From the NCBI GenBank assembly GCA_963840855.1, contig CAWJBB010000055.1, forward strand, positions 12,227 to 76,226: a DNA stretch of 64,000 bases, in the 5' to 3' direction. The DNA comes from an uncultured delta proteobacterium (GTDB lineage Bacteria; Desulfobacterota; Binatia; UBA9968). The position numbers were made by a program, and so were the translations under genes. Position 1 is the stretch's first letter; every line of letters starts with the position of its first letter. Positions 9,428 to 18,608 of this stretch are shown piece by piece. Below the pieces are notes generated by a model that worked only from the letters and a program-made list of their open reading frames with translations, did no database searches and was not told the DNA's origin.

Positions 9428-10999
9428 ATGAAGGCCAACGACGCGGTTACACAGACACTTCCGTCGCCTATAACACTCGACCATTACAACGCGGCGGAAG
9501 ATTTGTTAGAGCGCAATATCGCTGCCAGGCCCAACAAGACCGCCTATATAGACGAGCGTGGCAGCTATAGCTTTGCTGAGCTCGCCGAGCGTGTGAATCG
9601 CTCCGCTAATGCTCTCACCGGATTGGGGTTAGCACAGGAGGCCCGCGTCATGGTTTGTCTCCTCGACACCATCGACTTTCCTGCGGTGTTTCTCGGCGCC
9701 GTCAAAGCCGGCCTGGTGCCGATCGCGGTCAACACCTTGCTCACCGCTGGCGATTTCGACTTCATGCTGCGCGACAGCCGCGCCCAGGCGCTGATCGTGT
9801 CCGAAGCGCTGCTGCCGGTCTTCACACCGATCCTCGAGCGGCGGCCATTTCTTAAACATGTCGTCATATCAGGCGAAAAAGCGTCGGCTTATCCGTTATT
9901 GGAAAATCTGACGGCGCAAGCGGCAAGCGAGTTTGCCGCGGCGCCGACCCGTCCGGACGACGCCTGCTTCTGGTTGTATTCCTCGGGCTCCACCGGCACG
10001 CCTAAAGGCGTCGTTCATGTACAGACGAGCATGATCCGCACCGCCGAACTTTACGCTCAGCCGGTACTAGGAATTCAAGAAAGCGATATCGTCTTCTCGG
10101 CGGCAAAACTGTTCTTCGCCTACGGCTTGGGCAACGCGCTCAGCTTTCCGCTCTCCATTGGCGCCACCACGGTTCTCTTCAGTGACCGTCCGACACCGGC
10201 GGCGGTTTGCCGTATTCTGCGCGAATACCGGCCGACGATCTTCTACGGTGTGCCGACGCTTTACAGCGCTTTGTTAGCCAGCTCTGAATTGCCCAAACGC
10301 GATGAGCTCAATCTGCGCCGTTGTACCTCTGCCGGCGAAGCGTTGCCACCGGACGTTGGACGTCGATGGCTCGAACATACCGGCGTGGATATTCTTGACG
10401 GGCTTGGCTCCACCGAATTGCTGCATATCTTTCTTTCCAACAGACCCGATGACAATCGCTACGGGACCTCCGGGAAGCCCGTGCCGGGTTATGAAATCCG
10501 TCTGGTCGGCGAAGACGGCAGCCCCGTCGCCAAAGGCGAGATCGGCGAGCTCCAAGTCGCCGGTCCGACCAGCGCGGCTTTTTACTGGAACAATCGCGAC
10601 AAGAGCCGCAACACTTTTTTGGGCCCATGGACCAAGAGCGGCGACAAGTACACCGAAAGCGACGACGGCTACTTCACTTATTGCGGCCGCGGCGACGATA
10701 TGCTCAAAGTGAGCGGCATTTGGGTTTCGCCGTTCGAAGTCGAGTCGGCGCTGGCGTCGCACGAAGCGGTGCTCGAAGCCGCCGTGGTAGGTCAAGCCGA
10801 TGAAAACGGTCTCATCAAACCGAAGGCTTTCGTCGTGCTCCGTCCCAATTCGCCGCAGACGCCGCAGCTCGCCGCCGCGCTCCAACAACATGTAAAGGGC
10901 CACCTTGCGCCCTACAAGTATCCGCGCTGGATCGAATTCGTCGCCGAGTTGCCCAAGACCGCCACCGGCAAGATTCAACGTTTTAAACTGCGCATTTGA
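9428..10999 (+). CDS. Benzoate-CoA ligase family protein
   Basis: FWLYSSGSTGTPKG, AAKLFFAYGLGN, DGLGSTE, RGDDMLKVSGIWVSP, LPKTATGKIQRFKLR. Confidence 0.93.
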   Translation: MKANDAVTQTLPSPITLDHYNAAEDLLERNIAARPNKTAYIDERGSYSFAELAERVNRSANALTGLGLAQEARVMVCLLDTIDFPAVFLGAVKAGLVPIAVNTLLTAGDFDFMLRDSRAQALIVSEALLPVFTPILERRPFLKHVVISGEKASAYPLLENLTAQAASEFAAAPTRPDDACFWLYSSGSTGTPKGVVHVQTSMIRTAELYAQPVLGIQESDIVFSAAKLFFAYGLGNALSFPLSIGATTVLFSDRPTPAAVCRILREYRPTIFYGVPTLYSALLASSELPKRDELNLRRCTSAGEALPPDVGRRWLEHTGVDILDGLGSTELLHIFLSNRPDDNRYGTSGKPVPGYEIRLVGEDGSPVAKGEIGELQVAGPTSAAFYWNNRDKSRNTFLGPWTKSGDKYTESDDGYFTYCGRGDDMLKVSGIWVSPFEVESALASHEAVLEAAVVGQADENGLIKPKAFVVLRPNSPQTPQLAAALQQHVKGHLAPYKYPRWIEFVAELPKTATGKIQRFKLRI

Positions 11000-11021
11000 A
11001 GCGCACTACTTATTTATATGG

Positions 11022-11130
11022 AGTTCAAAAGTAAGCAGCCCTAAAGGCGCTGACCGAGGAGTTCAAAGTTTGGGATCGTGCTTACTCGGTTCATAAACGA
11101 TCGAAATACGTTGAACATTGAACTTTGAAC
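11022..11130. repeat. Degenerate family B heptamer repeats
   Basis: gttcaaaag, gttcaaagtt ... gttgaacattgaactttgaac. Confidence 0.6.
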
Positions 11131-11146
11131 CAGAGTATTTCCATTG

Positions 11147-12349
11147 ATGGAGGAAACCATGAAATGCGCCCCTGACGTTAACCGGCGGCGGTTTTTGACT
11201 CAATCCTGCCTGCTCGCCGCTAGCGTTCTGTTGCCTGAGTCCAGCGCCTTCGCACAAGCGCAAAGGCTGCGCGTCGGCCTGATGCTGCCGTACACCGGCA
11301 CCTATGCCCAACTCGGCACCGCCATCACCAACGGCTTCAAGCTCGTGGTGAGCGAGCGCGGCGGTAAACTCGGCGGCCGCGAACTCGAATACTTTACCGT
11401 GGACGATGAATCCGACCCGGCAAAAGCGCCGGAGAATACCAACAAGCTGGTGCAGCGCGATAAAGTCCATGTGCTGGTCGGCTCAGTGCACAGCGGCGTG
11501 CAGATGGGCATGGTCAAGATCGCCAAAGAAACCAATACGCTTATGATCATTCCCAACGCGGGGCTGGACGCCGCCACCGGCGCCCTGTGCGCGCCGAATA
11601 TTTTCCGCTCGTCTTTTTCCAACTGGCAGCCTTCCTATCCGATGGGCAAAGTGCTTGCCGACCGCGGCATCCGCAACGTTGTGTCCCTCGCCTGGAAGTA
11701 TGGCGCCGGCGAAGAAGCAGTGGCTGGTTTCACCGAGGGATTTATCAAGGCCGGCGGTAAAACCGTGCGCGGCTTGTGGATACCGTTTCCGAACGTGGAA
11801 TTCCAGGCGCTGCTTACCGAGATCGCTTCGATCAAGCCCGACGCCGTGTTCGTCTTTTTCGCCGGCGGCGGCGCTGCGAAGTTTATCAAGGATTACGCCG
11901 CGGCAGGGTTGCGCAAAACCATTCCACTGTTCGGCTCGGGATTTCTTACCGACGGCGTGCTCGATGCGGTCGATAACGCCGCTGAAGGGCTCGAAACCAC
12001 GCTGCATTACGCCGACGGGCTCGACAACAAACGGAATAAGGAGTTCCGCGCCGCATACATGAAAGCTTACAAGATCGAGCCTGACGTCTACGCCGTGCAG
12101 GGCTACGACGCGGCGCTGCTCCTTGCCACTGGCCTCGACGCCGTCAAAGGCGACGTCGGCAGGCGCAACGAAATGATCGGCGCTATGGAGAAAGCCAGGG
12201 TCGATAGTCCGCGCGGCACCTGGACGATGTCGAAAGCACACAACCCCATTCAGGATATCTATTTGCGCAAAGTCGTCGGCCGCGAAAACAAGTTCGTCGG
12301 CATCGCCCACAAGGCCCTCGCCGATCCGGCGCGGGGATGTAAAATGTAA
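11147..12349 (+). CDS. ABC transporter substrate-binding protein (LivK/aromatic acid type) with Tat signal
   Basis: NRRRFL twin-arginine motif; GLMLPYTGTYA, VDDESDP, DSPRG; next to benzoate-CoA ligase. Confidence 0.9.
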   Translation: MEETMKCAPDVNRRRFLTQSCLLAASVLLPESSAFAQAQRLRVGLMLPYTGTYAQLGTAITNGFKLVVSERGGKLGGRELEYFTVDDESDPAKAPENTNKLVQRDKVHVLVGSVHSGVQMGMVKIAKETNTLMIIPNAGLDAATGALCAPNIFRSSFSNWQPSYPMGKVLADRGIRNVVSLAWKYGAGEEAVAGFTEGFIKAGGKTVRGLWIPFPNVEFQALLTEIASIKPDAVFVFFAGGGAAKFIKDYAAAGLRKTIPLFGSGFLTDGVLDAVDNAAEGLETTLHYADGLDNKRNKEFRAAYMKAYKIEPDVYAVQGYDAALLLATGLDAVKGDVGRRNEMIGAMEKARVDSPRGTWTMSKAHNPIQDIYLRKVVGRENKFVGIAHKALADPARGCKM

Positions 12350-12359
12350 GACAGGTCGT

Positions 12360-12814
12360 TCACCACGAAGGCGCGAAGAACACGAAGGAAAAGCGGTAGG
12401 GTGTGAAATTCGACGAATTGTCGAATCGAGTTATTGGCTGCGCAATCGAAGTTCACCGGCAGCTCGGGCCGGGATTGTTAGAATCGGCCTACGAGCAGTG
12501 CCTGAGCTATGAACTCAATCAATCTCACCTACCGTTTCAAACGCAATGCGCGTTACCGGTGAAATACAAACAAATTGAGTTGGACTGCGCTTATCGTATC
12601 GACATGCTTGTCGATAATCAGCTGATTGTAGAGCTAAAAAGCGTGGATCAATTGTTGAAGATTCATGAGGCCCAAGTTTTAACGTATATGAAGTTGGCGA
12701 AAGTAAATGTCGGACTCCTGATTAACTTTAACGTCGATCTTCTCAGGAAAGGCATCAAGAGATTAGTTCTTTGATTCGAAATAACCCTTCGTGTCCTTCG
12801 TGCCTTCGTGGTGA
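12360..12814. mobile_element. Putative GxxExxY mini-element bounded by 29-bp inverted repeats (repeat family A)
   Basis: 12360-12388 TCACCACGAAGGCGCGAAGAACACGAAGG versus the reverse complement of 12786-12814 TCACCACGAAGGCACGAAGGACACGAAGG (27/29). Confidence 0.75.
12403..12774 (+). CDS. GxxExxY protein (predicted PD-(D/E)xK nuclease fold)
   Basis: VHRQLGPGLLESAYEQCL, YRIDMLV, IVELKSV, HEAQVLTYMK, GLLINFN; visibly AT-richer than flanking genes. Confidence 0.95.
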   Translation: MKFDELSNRVIGCAIEVHRQLGPGLLESAYEQCLSYELNQSHLPFQTQCALPVKYKQIELDCAYRIDMLVDNQLIVELKSVDQLLKIHEAQVLTYMKLAKVNVGLLINFNVDLLRKGIKRLVL

Positions 12815-12824
12815 GGCATTCATC

Positions 12825-13682
12825 ATGGTGCTTCTTATACAACTTTTGAACGCCGTACAGTATGGTTTATTGTTATTTCTGCTGGCGAGCGGCTTGACCC
12901 TGATCTTCGGCATCATGGGCGTGATCAATCTCGCCCACGGCAGTTTCTATATGGTCGGCGCCTACCTCGCCTACTGGCTCGCCAGGCACACCGGCAGCCT
13001 CTGGCTGGCGATTCCATTTGCAGTCGTCATCGCCTTCGGCATAGGTCTCCTGTTGGAGACGGCGATCTTCAGCCGCTTATACAAGCGCGACCATCTCTAT
13101 CAAGTGTTGCTCACCTTCGGCCTGATCCTGGTCTTCGAAGAACTGCGTAGCATTCTATTCGGCGATGAAGTCCATGGCGTGGCGATTCCGGCGCTGCTCA
13201 CCTCTTCGATCCCACTCACTGACACCCTGTCGTATCCGGTTTACCGGCTCTTCGTCACCGCGGTGTGCCTGGCGATCGCGGCCCTGCTGTATTTCGTGAT
13301 CCACAAAACCCGCGTTGGCATGATGATCCGGGCCGGCAACAGCAACCGCGAGATGGCCGCTTCGCTCGGCGTGAATATTCCCCTGCTGTTCGCCTTGGTC
13401 TTCGCATTCGGCATGGCCCTCGCCGCCTTCGCCGGCGCCGTCGCCGCGCCGATCTCGTCGGTATTTCCCGGCATGGGAAACCAAATCTTGATCATCTGCT
13501 TCGTTGTCGTCGTGATCGGTGGCATAGGCTCGATCAACGGCGCCATGATCGCCTCCCTCGCCATCGGCCTCGCCGACACTCTCGGCAAGGTAGTCGCGGC
13601 GGAATACTCCAGCGTCGCGGTTTACCTGGTCATGGCGGCAATTCTCTTGTGGCGCCCACAAGGCATCGCCAACAAGGCGTAA
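12825..13682 (+). CDS. Branched-chain-type ABC permease (LivH-like)
   Basis: GLTLIFGIMGVINLAHG, VVVVIGGIGS, LLWRPQG. Confidence 0.92.
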   Translation: MVLLIQLLNAVQYGLLLFLLASGLTLIFGIMGVINLAHGSFYMVGAYLAYWLARHTGSLWLAIPFAVVIAFGIGLLLETAIFSRLYKRDHLYQVLLTFGLILVFEELRSILFGDEVHGVAIPALLTSSIPLTDTLSYPVYRLFVTAVCLAIAALLYFVIHKTRVGMMIRAGNSNREMAASLGVNIPLLFALVFAFGMALAAFAGAVAAPISSVFPGMGNQILIICFVVVVIGGIGSINGAMIASLAIGLADTLGKVVAAEYSSVAVYLVMAAILLWRPQGIANKA

Positions 13683-13685
13683 CCG

Positions 13686-14693
13686 GTGAGCCCCATCATC
13701 TTGCCGCGTTCGCTATTGATCGCCGCCGTGCTGCTGCTCGCCCTGTTTCCCGTGTTTGGCGCGACTTTCTATATACAACTTGGCGCCAAGATCATGATCA
13801 TGGCGATCTTCGCCCTGAGTCTCGACCTGTTGGTCGGCCACACCGGGCTGGTTAGCTTGGGACACGCCGCTTACTTCGGCCTCGCCGCTTACGCGTTAGC
13901 GATAATCTCGCCCAGGTATGAAGCGGCCAATCTGTGGCTTACCCTGCCCGCGGCCATGGCTGGCGCCGCGCTGGCCGCCCTCGTCATCGGATTTCTCGTC
14001 GTCCGCACCGCCGGCATTTACTTCATCATGGTCACCTTGGCTTTCGCGCAGATGCTTTATTCCTTGTTTCATGACACGAAACTCGGCGGCGGCTCCGACG
14101 GCATCTATATTCAGGTGCGCCCGGAATTGACTCTATGGGGTTTCAAGCCTCTCGATCTGGAAAACCCCGCGCAATTTTATTACTTCGTGCTGATCATGCT
14201 GATCGCGGTCTATATATTTCTCAATCACGTGCTGCACGCGCCTTTGGGCCGCGCGCTGGCCGGTATCAGGGCCAATGAACAGCGTATGCGTTCCATCGGT
14301 TTTCCGGTCTTCGCTTACAAGCTCGGCGCGTTCGTGCTCGCGGGCGCGCTGGCGGGGCTCGCCGGTTATCTCGCCGCTTGTCAGTTTGGCTTCGTCAATC
14401 CGGACATCATGGCCTGGCACCAGTCCGGCATCGTGCTCATGATGGTGATTCTCGGCGGTATGGGCCGGCTGCATGGCCCGGTGCTCGGCGCCTTCGCTTA
14501 CGTGCTTATTCAAGAACTTCTTTCCGCGCCAGCGTTGCTTGGCCCTTACGCCAAGCATTGGCAACTCGCCATGGGCGGTTTGATTGTTACGATCGTGCTG
14601 GTTTTACCGCATGGCATCGGCGGCTTCATTGACATCGCTTTGCGGCGTTACTCCTACCGCCGCGTCCAAACGAACGGCGCCGCCGAATCATGA
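13686..14693 (+). CDS. Branched-chain-type ABC permease (LivM-like)
   Basis: GHTGLVSLGHAAYFG, GIYFIMVTLAFAQM, GGSDG, MVILGGMG. Confidence 0.92.
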   Translation: MSPIILPRSLLIAAVLLLALFPVFGATFYIQLGAKIMIMAIFALSLDLLVGHTGLVSLGHAAYFGLAAYALAIISPRYEAANLWLTLPAAMAGAALAALVIGFLVVRTAGIYFIMVTLAFAQMLYSLFHDTKLGGGSDGIYIQVRPELTLWGFKPLDLENPAQFYYFVLIMLIAVYIFLNHVLHAPLGRALAGIRANEQRMRSIGFPVFAYKLGAFVLAGALAGLAGYLAACQFGFVNPDIMAWHQSGIVLMMVILGGMGRLHGPVLGAFAYVLIQELLSAPALLGPYAKHWQLAMGGLIVTIVLVLPHGIGGFIDIALRRYSYRRVQTNGAAES

Positions 14694-15448
14694 GCGACGC
14701 CCTCCTCCAAGCGCGCGGGTTGAGCAAGAGTTTCGGCGGACTTGCCGCCGTGGATAATTTGTCCCTCGAAGTCAGAGTGGGCGAACTACACGCGGTCATC
14801 GGCCCCAACGGCGCGGGCAAAACGACGCTGATCAACCTGCTTTCCGGTGAGCTGCCCGCCAGCTCCGGAGACATCATCTTTGGCGGTAACCCTATTTCCC
14901 GGCTGGCGCCCGAGAAACGCGCGCGCTTGGGCATGGGTCGAAGTTATCAGAAGACGAATATTTTTCTTGGCTTCAGCGCGTTGGAAAATTGCCGGCTGGC
15001 GGCCCAATCGCGCGAGCCGCGGCCATTGAATTGGCTGCGTAACGCGCTCTCCTACGAAAGTGTCATGGCTCAGGCGCGGCGCGCCCTCGATGCCGTGGGC
15101 TTGGCGCACCGGGCGAGCGACGCAGCGCTGGCGCTCAGTCACGGCGAGCAGCGCCAGTTGGAAATCGCCATGTGCCTCGCCACCGAACCGCGCTTGTTAC
15201 TGCTCGACGAACCGCTCGCCGGCATGGGCATGGAGGAATCATTGAAGATGGTGGAACTCATCCGCCGTCTCGGTGAAAGTCACGCCATCCTGCTGGTCGA
15301 GCACGACATGGATGCGGTCTTTCAGTTAGCCAAAGTGCTGACCGTAATGGTCGATGGCAAAAAACTTGCCTCCGGCGCCCCCGAGGAAATTCGCGCCAAC
15401 CGAAACGTCCAGGTTGCATACCTCGGCAGCGATAACGAGTTGCGATGA
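14690..15448 (+). CDS. ABC ATP-binding protein (LivG-like)
   Basis: GPNGAGKTT, LSHGEQR, LLLDEP, VEHDM. Confidence 0.93.
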   Translation: MSDALLQARGLSKSFGGLAAVDNLSLEVRVGELHAVIGPNGAGKTTLINLLSGELPASSGDIIFGGNPISRLAPEKRARLGMGRSYQKTNIFLGFSALENCRLAAQSREPRPLNWLRNALSYESVMAQARRALDAVGLAHRASDAALALSHGEQRQLEIAMCLATEPRLLLLDEPLAGMGMEESLKMVELIRRLGESHAILLVEHDMDAVFQLAKVLTVMVDGKKLASGAPEEIRANRNVQVAYLGSDNELR

Positions 15449-16161
15449 CCGACGAGCCGATCATCGAAGCGCGCGAGCTGCACACTTACTATGGCGCCAG
15501 CCATATTTTGCACGGCGTCGATTTCACCGTGCGCGCCGGCGAAGCCGTGGGGTTGATGGGGCGAAACGGCATGGGCAAGACGACGCTCATTCGATCGTTA
15601 ATCGGCCATGTTCCATCACGCCGCGGTGAAATTAAGATCAACGGCCGGGTGATGACCCACGCCGCGCCGCATCAGATCGCGCGCCAAGGCATCGCCTACG
15701 TTCCCGAAGGCCGCGGCATTTTTCCCAATCTCACGGTAAAAGAAAACCTCGTCATGGCCGCCCGGCCAGGCGCTCACGGCAAACACGACTGGACCCTCGC
15801 ACGCGTGCTGCAAACTTTTCCACGGCTGGCCGAGCGGCTGACCCATGGCGGCCAGCAACTTTCCGGCGGCGAGCAGCAGATGCTGTCGATTGGCCGTGCG
15901 CTGATGACCAATCCAACATTGTTGATACTCGACGAAGCCACGGAAGGTCTCGCGCCCATCATCGCCCAAGAAATCTGGCGCATGGTCCGCACGATTCGCG
16001 AATCCGGCATCGCCGCGATCATCGTCGACAAAAACTTCGCCGCCGTCTCGGCGCACACCGACCGAAACGTCATTCTGGTCAAAGGCCGCATCGTGTTCGA
16101 AGGCACCGGCGATCAATTAAAAGCCCAACCGGAGTTGCTACGCCAGCATTTGGGGATCTGA
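15445..16161 (+). CDS. ABC ATP-binding protein (LivF-like)
   Basis: GRNGMGKTT, YVPEGR, LSGGEQQM, LILDE. Confidence 0.93.
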   Translation: MTDEPIIEARELHTYYGASHILHGVDFTVRAGEAVGLMGRNGMGKTTLIRSLIGHVPSRRGEIKINGRVMTHAAPHQIARQGIAYVPEGRGIFPNLTVKENLVMAARPGAHGKHDWTLARVLQTFPRLAERLTHGGQQLSGGEQQMLSIGRALMTNPTLLILDEATEGLAPIIAQEIWRMVRTIRESGIAAIIVDKNFAAVSAHTDRNVILVKGRIVFEGTGDQLKAQPELLRQHLGI

Positions 16162-16396
16162 CCAAATCGCAAATCATACTCCCGCCACCCGCGTTTGTCG
16201 GGTGAGAGATTGACAACGCGTAATCTCATGATGGATAGTGCGGCAGATTTGTTTTTCTCAGAATGGAAAAAGCACAATACATTCCCGGAAGAGCCGGCAT
16301 TAGACTTAAGCGCGAGGGGCTACACCGTATGCCGATGACTAATCTTCTAGTTCAATACGTTAGGCATTAGGCTACAGCCCAAGAAGGAAGGATACC

Positions 16397-16936
16397 ATGT
16401 CCAAGACACCCAAGGTCACGGCCTTCTTGCTCACCCTCCTCGTCGCCGCCTGCGCAAGCCTGCAACCACCGACGTCTATGGTCAAGGTGCCGGATAAGCT
16501 CAAACCCGGCGCGAACGAATCGTTGACGATGATCGTTCCCGCAAAGGGCGTGCAGATCTACGAATGCCGTGCCAGAAAGGATCAAGTCGGGGCATATGAA
16601 TGGGCGTTCGTAGCTCCCGAAGCTGATCTCTTCGACGCGCGTGGAAACAAGATCGGCCGACACTATGCTGGCCCACATTGGGAATCGACCGACGGCAGCA
16701 AGATCTTGGGTACGGTGAAGGAACGTGCCGACGCGCCAGTGGCCGACGCCATCCCTTGGCTGCTGCTTGCCGCGAAGTCCGTCGGCTCGGAAGGCTCGTT
16801 CAGCAAGGTCACGAGCATACAGCGCGTAAGTACCGTGGGCGGCGTGGCGCCTAACGCCGGTTGTTCTCAAGCCGCGGCCGGGACGCCCGCTCGCATAAAC
16901 TACACGGCGGACTATTACTTCTTCACCGCTAAGTAA
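16397..16936 (+). CDS. DUF3455-family lipoprotein
   Basis: Lipobox VAAC; AKGVQIYEC, W.FVAPEA.L, GPHWESTDGS, IPWLLL, YTADYYF. Confidence 0.85.
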   Translation: MSKTPKVTAFLLTLLVAACASLQPPTSMVKVPDKLKPGANESLTMIVPAKGVQIYECRARKDQVGAYEWAFVAPEADLFDARGNKIGRHYAGPHWESTDGSKILGTVKERADAPVADAIPWLLLAAKSVGSEGSFSKVTSIQRVSTVGGVAPNAGCSQAAAGTPARINYTADYYFFTAK

Positions 16937-16997
16937 TCTGGTGCGGTGCCCCGCTCTCGCGTCAGCGGTCGCGGCCGGCCGCGGCCAGCTCGATGAT

Positions 16998-17044
16998 GCC
17001 TAACATGGTAGAGCGGACCGGCCCCTCACCATAAGCGTTTAGGC
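16998..17044 (+). other. Degenerate, internally shortened attC site
   Basis: GCCTAAC(atggta)GAGCGGACCGGC...CTCACCATAAGC-GTTTAGGC. Confidence 0.55.
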
Positions 17045-17110
17045 CGACGGCCGGTTTACCGAGCCGGAGGGTTTCTTTGACCGCGCCCGAAATGTTCAAG
17101 TGGAGGTGTT

Positions 17111-18169
17111 ATGCAATCACACATAGCTAGTATCGGCGTAGTGCTCGCTATTGTTGCCGGTCTTAGCGTGAACGGCGTGTTCGCGCAGCAGTCCCCGGTC
17201 AAAAGGAACTTCGAGGCGGAGATCCAGGCCGCCCTGCAGTCGGCCAAGACCGCAGCCGGGTTTGAGTTCCTCGGTACCTTGGTCCGGACATGCCTGTTGC
17301 CTCAGAGCGGCGGCGAAAACACCAGCGACAACGCGCCGGGCTATATCACGAACCCCGGCAGTGCGCCGGCGCGTGACACCTGGTACGCTGAACCCGCTAA
17401 GGTCTTTGACAATCTCTATTTCGTCGGCGGCAAGCTTCACTCGGCCTGGGCTTTGACGACAAAGGAAGGGATCATCTTGATCGACACGATTTATCCCTAC
17501 AACTCAGAGGAACTGATTATCGGCGGGATGCAGAAAGTCGGCCTCGATCCGAAGAACATCAAGTATGTTCTCATCTCCCACGCTCATGGTGATCACATCG
17601 GGGGCGCCGAGATGCTGCAGACTCGGTACGGGGCCCGCGTTGTCATGGGCGGGCCCGATTGGGATCTGGTTGCGAAGTATCCGAACCGGTACAAAACAAT
17701 GGCGCCGAAACGCGACATCGTCGCCACCGACGGCATGAAGATAACGCTCGGCGATACAACCGTGACCATCTGGCTCACCCCTGGCCATACGCCGGGCACG
17801 CTGTCCTACACTTTTACCGTGTTAGACCGTGGCAAGCCGGTCAACGTGGCGTATTCGGGCGGCACCGCTTTCAATTTCGTGAACAACACGCCGGATCCGG
17901 GCGTCAAAAATTTCCAGACCTATATCGAGTCGCAGAAGCACATGGCGGCAAAAGCTGCCTCTACCGGTGCGACCGTCCTCCTTTCGAACCACTCGGAGTT
18001 CGACAATGCGTTCAACAAGAACAGAATGCTCGCCGGGCGCGGTGAAGGTCCGCATCCATATGAACTCGGGGCCGATTGGGTCCAGCGCTATTTCCAGGTC
18101 ATGCAGGGTTGCGCCCGGGCGGCGCAGCTGAGGCTGGAACAGAAACTGGTTGAAACAGCCATGCCGTAG
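17111..18169 (+). CDS. Secreted metallo-beta-lactamase-fold hydrolase, subclass B3-like
   Basis: Signal peptide; KVFDNLYFVG, ILIDT, HAHGDH, TPGHTPG, LSNH. Confidence 0.88.
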   Translation: MQSHIASIGVVLAIVAGLSVNGVFAQQSPVKRNFEAEIQAALQSAKTAAGFEFLGTLVRTCLLPQSGGENTSDNAPGYITNPGSAPARDTWYAEPAKVFDNLYFVGGKLHSAWALTTKEGIILIDTIYPYNSEELIIGGMQKVGLDPKNIKYVLISHAHGDHIGGAEMLQTRYGARVVMGGPDWDLVAKYPNRYKTMAPKRDIVATDGMKITLGDTTVTIWLTPGHTPGTLSYTFTVLDRGKPVNVAYSGGTAFNFVNNTPDPGVKNFQTYIESQKHMAAKAASTGATVLLSNHSEFDNAFNKNRMLAGRGEGPHPYELGADWVQRYFQVMQGCARAAQLRLEQKLVETAMP

Positions 18170-18191
18170 AGAGCTCGGGCGCCGCGCCATA

Positions 18192-18282
18192 GCCTAACGA
18201 GGCGCTGCACCCGTCGGGGCCGCGAGCTAAATCGGCGCAATTGACCCACTGCGGGTCGCGGGGGAGCGACAGGGTGGTAGGC
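18192..18282 (+). other. Degenerate attC site
   Basis: GCCTAACGAGGCGCTGCACCCG ... GCGGGGGAGCGACAGGGT-GGTAGGC, 22 nt after the MBL stop. Confidence 0.6.
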
Positions 18283-18608
18283 GTTTCCGCTAACCTCGCA
18301 ACATTTCACTTCGGTGTGGACTGTCACTCGACAAATGTAAGCTCGCGCCGCGCACCCGTCCCGCAGCGTCATTCGCTCATCATTCGGTTCCGGGCTTGCC
18401 TGATCCCATTGCTACGAAGTCCCTCTGCCTACGACGCGCGCTTCGAGACGCCCGAAGAGCGCCCCACCAACTCACAGTCTCTGCGCTAGACAGCCAAAGG
18501 AAAAATGAGGCCTCGGTAAGATCATCGCGCGGGGCTTGCCGCGGCGTCCCGTTTGCAATATATGAATCTGAAAAGTAACCCTATCGAGCAGACGGGAGGA
18601 AATGAGAC

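Noticed and set aside
12771-12824. Extended N-termini from the ORF track (12771, 34005, 8134, 48648, 25422)
   Set aside because: The extensions run through repeats or upstream genes; downstream starts match family N-termini and mostly have ribosome-binding sites.
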